Origin: Zygnema circumcarinatum SAG 698-1b
Lineage: Eukaryota; Plantae; Zygnematophyceae
Reading direction: 5' to 3'
Assembly (NCBI GenBank): GCA_037447605.1
Contig: CM074819.1
Location: 1,200,297 to 1,264,296, forward strand
DNA: 64,000 nucleotides
Under the pieces are notes generated by a model that was given only the letters and a program-made list of their open reading frames with translations, did not search any database and was not told where the DNA came from. The position numbers were made by a program, and so were the translations under genes. The number at the start of each line of letters is the position of its first letter. Position 1 is the first letter of the stretch. This document shows positions 31,997-43,086 of this stretch, one piece after another.

Positions 31997-33334
31997 AGAG
32001 CTACCCTCCTCCTCTGGTGTTTTATTCAACCAACTCTGTTCTGATTCCTTTCTATTCCGTCCTCTATTCTGTTACGTTACGTTCCATTCAACGCGGCGGA
32101 GGGCAAGTATCCGCAAGGGTCGCCCTCCACAAGCTGCCACTGGCTCTGCGGAGCCTATAGATATTTTTAAACTTCTGTTAAACTTCTGGCTCTGGTAGAA
32201 AGTGTATGCTATGTCTTATGTACATTTCTTGTAGCATTTGTTGTCAACTCATAAGAAGTGTGCTAGGCGCTCCTAGGTTCAGATTTTTGACAAATTGGGT
32301 GGCTATGTTATATCTCGAGACTTTGTTTTTGGGGTAAGATTTGGTAGTCCCTCACCGTGTAAAGCTGAGGGGAAAAAAAAAACGAGGAGCTGAAATGCCA
32401 TATTTGAGCTGAGGTTCACACCTTTCATGCTGGCCTGTGTGTGACGTGGTTTTGTCTCAGTCTATCTGGGATGGGGAGAGGAAGAGGCAAAGGATCTGAA
32501 AGGTGATTGGTAACGAGCAAGGGGGATCCTAAGGGGAAAGATGTGGCATTGATCCCACGATGGCGATGATGCCATCATGATGCCATCAAATGTACATGGT
32601 CAAAGTCACTATGGGGAACCACGAGAAACTGGGTAAGCCCAAAAGGATAGGATAGGAGCGGAAAACTACGCCTAAAGAGCGTGTCGCTGGCAGTGGGCCA
32701 TATCTCTGAACTCAGAATTTGAGATTACTATCGCTTGATGTGGGGTGAAATTGATGTATAATTGAACCTTGTGATGGCGATATTACCAATTTGTTTGAAG
32801 GACAAGGTTGAGGTTGGCCAAATTTCGGGTGAAACTTGTGTAAACATCGACATTGTTCAGAAACATGAGCTTGAAGCTGTCTGAGAAACCCCAAGCCCAA
32901 CACCTTTCCCAAACATTTTTCAGAAATTGAATATGATCTATGAATCTTTACATGAGGCTTCACACTAACAAGAAGAAACATGGAACACCAAAACACAAAC
33001 AACAGGCACACCAACCGAATAGGGCTTACGTCACTATCGGTTGGACTTACAACGGAAAGCTGTGGAAGGAAAGCCAAGCAACCACCAAAAGTCAACGCGA
33101 TGACGTCACAATCAGGCCTGGTGAGGCGGCCATTTGGCCATTCCCCAACCTCCGTCTCTCTGTTGAGCCCTGCAGCGCCCTTGAAGCGTTGCAGGTCTCT
33201 GATCTGCCTGTGAGAGAGCTCTTCTTCTCTCTCTGCCATCATACATTTCTGCTGAAAGCTGCTGCAGGAGCAGCAGCAGCAGCAGCTACGCAAGCACAGC
33301 CTCCTTCGTGCAGGACGTTTTCCTGCTTGAAGCC

Positions 33335-36095
33335 ATGGCCCAACACACATCTCAATCTGACATTGATGAGATTGAAACTCTCTTCAATGTCAGCGTCCAG
33401 CCAGCAACCCTTGAAGTCCCTGCATCTTCAAACCCGTCTCCAATAAAGGCTGCACCGCAGCTGAAGGCGACTTCACAGTCTGTGCCTCTCCTCCCTCTTG
33501 GAGGGAACTCCTCGAGTCAAGGGGGAGGAGCTTCTGCAGGAGAGGGAGGGGGAGGGCATACAAGCGGTCAAGGATTTGGATCGAAGCCAAACACTCTTGA
33601 CGGTAAATGGAGCGCCGTGTCTCATATGTGTGGTATTGGTGATCGCTGTCGTGTTTTTGTGAAGAGGAGGTCTGATATTTAGGGTTAAGTATGCAGGGGT
33701 CTTCCCATCAGCTCTCAAAAACCGGCGTCGAGGCATGAAGGGGCAGTTGTTTCTTTTAGAGCACGTCTTGCGCTGTCCTCCGCGCTTCAAAGTTGACAGC
33801 TGTAGACAGCTGAGCCAAGGAAGGGAACAATGCAGCCTATGCAGTTGGTTGTCCTTTATGCTTCTCGTTCCAAAACTGGGATTTAAGGTTTAATTTTCAG
33901 AACTCACCATTTCCAGTCATTCCTTTCTGAATTTCCATTTCGTTTTCAAGGCACCTTATGTACGGATCTCCCTTTTGTTTCTTTTAGAGCTATAGATTCT
34001 TCAGCTATCTTCCTCTTGGGCTTTTACTAGTTGCTGATTCCAGAATAGAATGGAAAGGCTCTGCACACCATCAATAGTATCGTGTTAATGTAGGAATCTC
34101 TCTTTACGTGTTTCTACAGAGCCAATCATGGTGACACTACATAGGGACCTTTACCGGATCGTCACCAACTTGCGCCAAGTGGTTTTTCCAAATCCTTATC
34201 GTGAAGACGTCGGGCGAGCTTTGCGTGACTGGGATCTATGGGGGCCATTCTTTTTCATCATTTTTCTGTCACTTACTCTCTCGTGGACCTCTCCGAACAA
34301 GGTACATCTTCTTAATAGCTAAAGGGAACGCAACTTCAGAATTTGTGATTTTCAGCTGCATCATTCTTTTCAGAAACCCATGGAACTTGCTTGACGACCA
34401 TTTTCAACATGTCTTTATCCTCTCACTCTGTCAGGAGGAGCATTTTGGATATAGCAAGGCTTGGTGCTGTTGAATTCACATGCATAGTAAACATAACTAT
34501 ATTTCTGTAACAGTCCTCGGGGAGGCGTCTTTGCTAATCATCTGACAAGTCAATTGTTTTCTCCATTTCCGATTTTTAAGAGACAGTTCACGATTCTATC
34601 TTTATGTTTATCCAATACTTCGGATCTCTTATCTCCTATCAGGCCGAATATTGTTATCGATAGAAAGACAGTAGGCCAGCAGACTTATTCTGTCTTGAAA
34701 ACCGTACTCCATGTCCTTCGAGTTCAATATGCTTATAGTTTTTCTTAATTTTTGTGAAGCCAATACATTTACCGTGGATAATTCATGTATCTGGGCTTTT
34801 GTTTTGGGTTCTTCTGTATGCAGTCTGCCGTGTTCGCAGTGGTTTTCGGTGTTCTCTCGTCCGGAGCAATTGTACTCACTCTTAATGTTCTTCTCCTGGT
34901 AAGCTGACTTCTTCAATGACTTCGTTTTGGAAGAGTAGTTATCAGCCCAATAGCAAGCTATGGAACTCTCGCTAACAGAGCTCCCTAAATCTGCATAGTC
35001 AATTGCCGCGCGTCTTTATCAAGGAGCAGTAATGATTTGCTTGGGTTCGTAGTGTGCTTTCGTTGGTCATTCTCGAATATTTAGATATCATGAGAAGGAA
35101 GCTAGGAACACATTCCCAGCATTCCTCAAAAGTGAATCAAACTAATATAGATATGTTTACAGATACTCATGTTTAGTCAGGTTATGTTATTGTCGACAAC
35201 CCCCTGTTCAATATTGATAAATGGAAATCACCACAAAATTACTTTCAAGACCTGCCATTTCCTATCATCACAAATGCAGTTCTTTTCCATTTTGTGTGTC
35301 TAAATGTATCAGTAGTCAATGCAAGAGGAGCAAATGAGACAGAGAACATAAATTGCCTGGCTTCTAAGTTTAGATTTGGTCCCTCTCAGCCTTGCATCAG
35401 CTGCAGTAACTATGAATCGATGGAGTAGATATATGGATGATAGACTTTTATCCAGTTTGGACTATCTTCATGTTCAACTTGCGTCTGAAAATTTGATCCC
35501 TAACGCCAAACCTGCTCGGCAATCTCCCTCAGGACTGCTTTCCATGCCGGTTTCCCTTTCCCCTGTTAGGGTTATTCCCTCACCTGTCAGAGTTCCTCCT
35601 GCTCTTCCTGTCAGATTCTCTCCTCTCCTCCTGCCAGAGACTCCCCTCTCCTCCTTTCAAAGACTCCCTATCCCCCTGTCAGTGCTTCCCCTCCTCTCCT
35701 CTCGTCCTGTCAGAGCCTCCCCCCAACTCCTGTCAGAGATTTCCCCCTCTCCTCCTCTCAAAGTCTCTCCCTCTCCTCCTGTCAGTGTCTCTGCTTACAT
35801 CTCAGACGACTGTTTTCCGTATTCTATTTTGCAGGGTGGCAGGATCATCTTTTTCCAAAGTCTCAGTGTGTTGGGCTACTGCCTTTTCCCCCTGGACGTG
35901 GGCGCCATCGTCTGCACCTTCATCGACAGCCGTGTCATCCGAACCGCCATAGTTTTCGGCTCTCTCGCATGGAGCTCCTGGTCCGCCTACCCCTTTGTTT
36001 CAGGAGCGGTTCCGGCTCCCAGAAGGGCCTTGGCAGTGTACCCGGTCTTCCTTTTATTCGTATCCGTGGGATTCCTTGTCTTAGCCAATGATTGA
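33335..36095 (+). CDS. YIPF6-like: Yip1-domain Golgi membrane protein (YIPF6/Yip4-like)
   Basis: NTLD|[10 protein letters not shown]...[18 protein letters not shown]...|SAVFAVVF...LTLNVLLL|[20 protein letters not shown]...[21 protein letters not shown]. Confidence 0.92.
35575..35800. repeat. Degenerate pyrimidine-rich intronic minisatellite with CCTGTCAG core
   Basis: About 7-8 recurrences of CCTG(T/C)CAG separated by CT-rich spacers in the last Yip1 intron. Confidence 0.65.
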
Positions 36096-36810
36096 GCAGC
36101 GTAAAAGGGGAGAGTATTCTGGTAAAAAATGTTTTAGGAAGTTTTGTTGGCGTTTACTGAACTAACAATCACATGGAAGGGCGGTGGAGAGGAGGATGAA
36201 GCCTGACACTGAAAGCTGTCATTGGTGGAGGTGGTGGGACCTTTTGGGAAGATGCTGAACTCTTGTAGTAAGGCAATCCTGGAGGTGTCTAGGAAAGGTG
36301 TGTGCTCTGTTTTTGCCCCTCTTGGGTCGCGTAGTCAGATTTTTCTGGTAATGGAAACGCCTCTTATTCAATATTTAGAAGACGTCGACCATGTTAGAGA
36401 GGCGAGTATTGGAAAACCCTTAATGCCCCTTTTTTTTCTTCTAATGGCCTTGTACTTGCTGGGCGTGTGGATATAACTACCCAGCTTGACTTTTAGATTT
36501 CTTTTTCTCCCCACTCCACCACCCCACCTCCCCCTCTCCCCCCTTTCCCCCTCCCCCCGCCCTGTCTCTTTCCCTTGCAGTCTCCTTTTCAACCTAACGC
36601 AACGCCTACAGACATTAAGTAGATTCAATATAAGAGTAAATAATCTAACGAAAATCAGACAGCAACACACGAGATACGAACCACAGTCAGCAGCAGGATG
36701 TTGAAATGGGAAACATGCCATGTCCCTACTCCTTCCAGTTCCATAAATCAATCGAATGTCATTTCTATTGGCGGTTACTGTTCCCTAATATGGTACAACA
36801 GCAGCAGGCT

Positions 36811-37398
36811 TCAAATGCCAAGCCTCTCCTTAAATTCCGCATTTTCCTTCCAGACCTGCCCCCCTTCATAAACTTCCTTCTTCCAGATTGGAGCGCTTGC
36901 CTTGATCTCGTCAATGGCAAAGTGGCACGCCTCCAGAGCCTCCCGTCTGTGGACAGAGGACACGGCCACCACCACGCTCGCCTCGCCTGCGCCCACCGGA
37001 CCAAGCCGGTGCGCGAGGGCGATCCTTGTTATCGACCATCTTGAGCGAGCAAGTCCGCAGATCTCCCTCAATTTACTGTTCAATGGGGATCAACAAACGG
37101 CATGATTCAAAACAGTGCAGGCCTTGGATGAGAGGTAAAGGGAGAGAGAGGGTGGGGGGGAAGAGGGGCAGGACTGTAAGTACCTAAGAGCCATGGGTAC
37201 ATAGGCCTCATACTCCAGTCTGAGCACAGCCTTTCCATCGAAGGTGTCCCTCGTGATGCCTGTGAAAGTGGCTATGGCTCCTGCAGCGCAGTCGTGCACC
37301 AGTCGGCTATACTTCTCCACTGCTAGAGCCTCCTCTGTGATTTCTACGAAATCTCTCTCGCCAGCAGAACTCTCCTCGCCTTGCAGGGCCGCAGCCAT
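36811..37398 (-). CDS. CNX6: Molybdopterin synthase catalytic (large) subunit, MoaE family
   Basis: Two exons: GAIATFTGITRDTFDGKAVLRLEYEAYVPMA and IALAHRLGPVGAGEASVVVAVSSVHRREALEACHFAIDEIKASAPIWKKEVY. Confidence 0.95.
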
Positions 37399-37422
37399 GC
37401 CGGCTTACGGTCAAGACCAGAG

Positions 37423-37700
37423 CTAGGGTTAGGGTTAGGGTTAGATTAAGGTAAGGACTTCACGTTACGGTTAGGGTTAGGGCTCTAAGATGTATGCAAA
37501 ATGATACTTCGTTAAAAACTAAGAGTTCGCCTTCTTTGCTGCGTTACGATTACTATAAGGCTAGGAATAACTCAAGGTTCGGATAAGGGTTAAATAAACA
37601 GTTAGAGCTAGGCTCAACGTATAGAGATAATAAAAAGGGGGGCACTGATCTCTAAGGTAAAATTAGGGTTAGGGCTAGGGTTGGGGTTAGGGTTAGGTTT
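37423..37700. repeat. Interstitial TTAGGG telomere-like repeat clusters in the CNX6/PLM divergent promoter
   Basis: CTAGGGTTAGGGTTAGGGTTAG at 37423-37444, TTAGGGTTAGGG at ~37470-37482, and TTAGGGTTAGGGCTAGGGTTGGGGTTAGGGTTAGG at ~37662-37697. Confidence 0.8.
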
Positions 37701-38127
37701 TGGACCACCGTTGTGGGTAGGCGTCGTTAGGGCTAAGGGCACGATCACCCTTCCGAGTTCCGACTCAATTTTTTGGCCATTTACGTTTCGACAGCTCATC
37801 CGTACAGCCACACAAAAAACGGAACCAGCCATTTCTATGATACCTTCTTACAGTAAAACTATTTTGATTTCAATCTATCAACCATGCAAATGGCCTTTCC
37901 GTAGCATAGAACCACGTGATCCAGTTGCGGGGTTTCAAACTAAATTTCCTGGACTACCACGCATGGAACAGAAGTCACCTGAAGGCGCCACACGTGCGAG
38001 CTCGCACGGAGGGGAAGCGCGGCCTTACGCTCCGCCTTGATGCTTTCACAGGTTTCAAGAAAGCGGAGTGTACCGGAAGCTCGGCCGCTCCCCTCAGTCC
38101 TTCATTCGGCATTGCGTTGCAGGAGCC

Positions 38128-40743
38128 ATGGCCTCGTCCGCCGCCATATCGTCCAAAAGCGACTTCAAGAAGCGAACCTTTCAAAGCTTTCACCACGGCT
38201 TTACAAAGCTAGACATGGCGGCGCTTGCGTATGTGGCGCTCGACTACTGGCGGAGCCGTGCCACTTGGTTGAGCCCGTCATTTGCGGAAAACATTCAGCC
38301 CGGCCTGTGGGGCTGCCTCGGCATTTTGGCGTTCTGTGAAGCTCCGCTCTACGAGCACTGGGAGAAGGAGATTCGCGCAGCTCCAAAGTTTCTGGTGGCC
38401 GTCGCGTTTATGGTGGCTATGTTTTTGATTGAGGTGGTTATGGTGCAGTTTGTGACGGTGGTGCTGGGGCTGAAGTGGCACGCGTGAGTGCTCCTCGGCC
38501 TCTACGTCTCTTTTCTTCCTTTCCCCTTCTCTTTCCCATTTCCCCCCTCTGCTCCACTCTTCCAAGTGGCATGCCTGAGTGCCTCTATCTATCTATCTCC
38601 ATACCCTACCCTTCCCCCTCCTCCTCCCCCTTCCCTCCCTCCCCTCCCCCTCCCCATCCCCCTCCCCCTCCCCCCTCCCCTCCCTCCCTCCCTCCCCTCC
38701 CCCTCCCCCTCCCCCTCCCCCTCCCCTCCCCTCCCCCTCCCCCTCCCCCTCCCCCCTCCCCTCCCCTCCCCCTCCCCTCCCCTCCCCTCCCCCTCCCCCT
38801 CCCCCTCCCCCTCCCCCCTCCCCTCCCCCTCCCCCCTCCCCTCCCCTCCCTCCCTCCCCTCCCCCTCCCCCTCCCCGTTTTTCCTACTTTCTTCTCTCTC
38901 GTTCTCAAATACACTCGTTGGTCCGAATTTCTGCTATCTTGTTCCGAAGGAGCAATGCGTATCCCTCCTTCCTTTTCTCGTCCCTTTTCTGTTCCTCGCC
39001 CCTCTCCCTCCTTACCTCCCTATCGTCCAACCCCTCCCTCAACTTGCTCCGACATTCTTCTCACAAGGCTTTCTCCCACATCCTTTGCATCCAGGTCAGC
39101 AGATCCTCTCCCAGACAGCGGACAATGGCTGCTCCTTGCGCTGAATGAAGTTCTGCCACCTGCCATAGTGAACCTCTTAAGGGCCCCCCTCATAGAGCTC
39201 CATCACTATGTCATGCTCTTTGTAATGCTCGGGTTTTCCGTCCTTTTCAACCACATCCGTTCCCCGGGGCTTGGCCTTGCAACTCGCTATTGCTCAGCCA
39301 TGGGAGTAGGTCGATTACTGCGGCTAATAACCTTCACATGTACAATTTTACCTTCTCCGAGGCCATGGTGTCCAACGAATCGCTTTTACGGAGCTCCGAA
39401 TCATCCGCATCCGTGGGCGCAGAAGTTCTATGTGCCGTATTCAAGAAATCAGGATATGATCCAGGAGCTTCTGAGGAGGGACAGCTGCTTCGGTGCGTTA
39501 GCTATTGTCCTTTGTTTAAGCTTCATGCAAGTACGTCTTTCAATATTAATGCTATGGAATAGCTTAAAGATCCTTTCTGTAGGCTGCATTGCCTTGAATC
39601 ATCATCAATTCCCGCCAACCAAATGTAACATCCGAAAGAGAAAAGGCTTCAAAGTCCACGACAATGCTAAACTTCTCACATTCATATGCATGTTGTCAGC
39701 TCCCGAGATACAGTACCCTCCTGAATATGTGCCTCAGTGGGGACCGCTGCAATTTTTGAGCACTTTTTTGCGGCCTGCGGACCCTGCTCGGTACGGGGAC
39801 ACGGGCAGCGACAAACTTTTCGGAGTATTGCGGCCGGGGGGAGGCTGCAACGACCTCGCCTTCAGCGGCCACATGCTCGTGACAGTGCTCACTGCCTGCG
39901 CGTGGCAGGTTCGTGCCTTGCAGGAACGGTCGGGTTGCAAGGGACTGCATGTATCCCGCGAGTGGTGCTGCGGGTCTCACTTTTATGACATTTCAATGCT
40001 CCTTGTATTTGCTTAGCAATTGGAAGTCCGTCACTCATCCTCCCTCTGTCCTCTTCCTCTGCCCCTTTTCCTCTCTCTCTCCACCCTCCCCCTTCTCCCC
40101 TCCCCTTCCCCCTCCCCCTCCCCCCTCCCTCCTCCCTCCCCCCTCCCCCCTCCCCCCTCCCACCTCCCCCTCCCCCCTCCCTCCCCCCTCCCCCTCCCCC
40201 TCCCCCTCTCCCCCTCCCTCCCGCCCTCCCCCCTACCCCCACCCCCCTCCCCCCCTCCCCATCCCCCTCCCCATTGCCCCATTCCTCCACCTCCCCCCCA
40301 CTTTCCCCTTCCCCCCTCCTGTTCAGGAAGCCCACCCCGGGTGGGGAAGCATCATAGTTTGGCTACTCGCCCTCCACTCTGCCCAGCGAGAAATCCGCGA
40401 ACGGCATCACTACAGCGTCGATGTGTTGGGCGCAATGTTCGTTGGCGTCATGCTGTGGAGGTCGACGCGCTTCCTTTGGCCCCCTCCCGACCGGGCGGAG
40501 GAGGACCCGCGATTGAAGCTGGGGAAGGAGCTGGCGGCGAGGGCAGACGAGATACTGAAGGCTGCCAAGGACCAAGACATGGAGGCTGTCCTCGCGGTCT
40601 TGGAAGAGTCCAAGAAGAAGGCAGAGGGAGGTGCAGGGTCACATTCGTCAGGCAAAGGCGGGCTGTGGCTCGTAGGGACAGTCATCATTGCGGTCTGTTT
40701 AGGGTTGTGTTTGTTGACTTTTGCGTTGACTGTTGGCGGTTAA
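38128..40743 (+). CDS. PLM-like: PLM-like sphingomyelin-synthase/PAP2_C family enzyme
   Basis: VLGLKWH|...PLPDSGQWLLLALNE...LHHYVMLFVMLGFSVLF...PGLGLATRY...GRLLRLITFTCTILPSPRPWC...GGGCNDLAFSGHMLV...|...HSAQREIRERHHYSVD. These include the catalytic SGH and HHY-D motifs and match my recollection of Arabidopsis PLM (At1g43580). Confidence 0.88.
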
Positions 40744-41475
40744 TGTTTACTTTCATTATGGAAAAATGTATTGATTTTTGCAGCTCCTTGCTAGACGATG
40801 TTTTTTGAATCGTGCATAAAAGCAAGACATGCGCCTTCGTTACAATTGAAGCTCTGCTTCGCAAATGGGCCAATAGGAATTGCTCATACAGTGCAGCTGT
40901 ACAGCTATCTATAATATCAATCTAGGGCTAAAGAGAGGCAAAATTTGATGAAGGCTATCGAGAGCGGCGGCTATCGCCTGCCTGAAGGCAACTTTGAGGT
41001 TTCAAATGCTCCAGGAAAGGGCTTCAGTTCACTCCAAAGTAAGGAGAGGCAGTTCGTTTTGAGCCCCTTCTGCAGCGCCTCTCCACGCCCGGGAGATGTT
41101 GCAGTTCCTGTGAGGACGCAAGAGGCATTTGTGAGGGAAACGCAGCTTCAGCTCAGCTTGTTCCACTATTCAGGATTGGCGTTATAGCTCTCATCACACT
41201 CATTCACGGTTGATATACAAAACTTTAAGGAGATGATATTCCTGTCTAGGTTCCTCATCAACAACTGCAATACAGAAAAAAAAAAAAAAAAACCCCACAA
41301 AAAAAAAGGGGAGGGAATAAAGTGCGAGAGCAGGAAATTGCTGACCTGATCGTGACAAACCGGCAATTAGCGCTGTTGAACTCACAAGCCTCGAGGTACT
41401 CGACGACTTTCTACGTATTCCTATGTGGATAGTGGTACTGAGCCAAGTTAGAGCTGAACCCTTCCTCATCTATAA

Positions 41476-42220
41476 CTATTGTAAATCTGATTTCTCATTG
41501 CTTTGCGGAAGGGCTTGAGGCTCTCCTTCTGGAGGCTTGGCGGCTGCCTGCTTATCCTTCGCATGCTTCAAAAGCTCGGCTCGCTCTCTCTCGCAAGTTG
41601 ATATCCCAAGGATGATGTCCGCCATGGCGCCTGTGCTGCCAAAGAACACGAGAGGCTGCAGGGACTTCCTCCTGATGCCCACCGGGATTGCGACCAAAGC
41701 TCCGATCACAGAGCACAGCCAGGAGCTGCAGTGAAGCAGAAGGAGGTTGAACCGGCGACAGTCAGCCATAGAACATGCATTTGTGGTTTGGAAGGGTCTT
41801 CAAGCAGATGCTCTTGACAGCATGACTTTTAAACAGAAAGGATATAACCTTCAGTTTTGTGACTTCCATATCCATTCGATCCAGAACCTCTCCAAGGACG
41901 AGGGGAAGAAAAACAAGCAAGCAGTCTTTCTCGGTATCCGATATAAAGAAAAAGATTGTAACTTCAGTCAGAGATTTTGGCCAAGCAAACATCTCTCTCG
42001 ATATAATTCAAAACCAAAGTTTGCAGAGAAAAGGAAATAAATAAATACGTGGCTCAAAACATGGCATTAATGCCCCGCTTGGCACAGCCCTGGCGCCCCG
42101 ACAGGGAAAATTCCGCCACCTGTCCAGAACGCAGTCCCCGAGGGCCCTCTGCAGCTGCTTCTCCACGTCTACCGCGAGGCCTTCGCCGCTCCCTCCCGCC
42201 GTGGCGCTCGGCGCGGCCAT
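41476..42220 (-). CDS. Small conserved hypothetical membrane protein
   Basis: Two exons join as DCVLDS|SWLCSVIGALVAIPVGIRRKSLQPLVFFGSTGAMADIILGISTCERERA with GT-AG junctions in compatible phase. Confidence 0.75.
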
Positions 42221-42233
42221 AGCGGCAGCCACC

Positions 42234-42236
<3 letters not shown>

Positions 42237-42303
<67 letters not shown>
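42237..42303. repeat. (AG)n microsatellite in the 5' leader of the small membrane protein gene
   Basis: About 33 perfect GA units. Confidence 0.95.
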
Positions 42304-42305
<2 letters not shown>

Positions 42306-43086
42306 CTAAAGCACGGAGGAACTCTGTGCGGCGTCAAGCGTGCACGCTAAACGGAGCAAGATGAAGGCATGAAAATGATTTTGGGGTGTGTCAAACATAG
42401 ACCGTTGCGATGCGTTTTTCACACGCGGAAATAATTGACGGCATAGATCGTTTCATTAAATAGAACGTTGGGATGCGTCCCTTACGCGTGCGACTGACCA
42501 ATCCAACAGCTCAAAACTTATTACTAAATACGCTGTCACGATTCGTCTGTGTTTGAAACCCCAACGGTTCATTTCTTCCGATCAAATGCGCCGTTGCGAT
42601 GCATCCAAAGGTGCGTGACAGATCCAACGGCCCAGATCTCTTCTCCCAGCGCGCTGTTGCGATATGTCCGACACATGGTGTGAAAATCCAACGGCTGCGA
42701 TCGCCCTCTCGAACCCGCCGTTGCATGCACTCTTGAGGACGTGCACTTCCAACGACCAACTCTCGTCTCTGAACGAGAAAAGCAATGGCAAATTGATATT
42801 TTTTCTGAATTCTCTTCTTCTTCTTCTTTTTCTTCTCTTTCGCCACATTAATCATCGAAGCATCAATTTTCAAAATTGAAGATTTTGAATGGAGGGCAGA
42901 AAGTGATATGGACAGCAAATGGGGCAGCTCGAATGATGTTATTATCTAGTCGTTTTATGTCAACGTAGATGTACAATAAAGGGAGCAATGATGAGCATGC
43001 GCTCAGCCTTCTTTCTCCACGGCAGTAAGAAATGTCGTCGTTGTATCTCAAGAAGAGTTTCAAAATTTGAAGAAGCGTTTTCTTCA

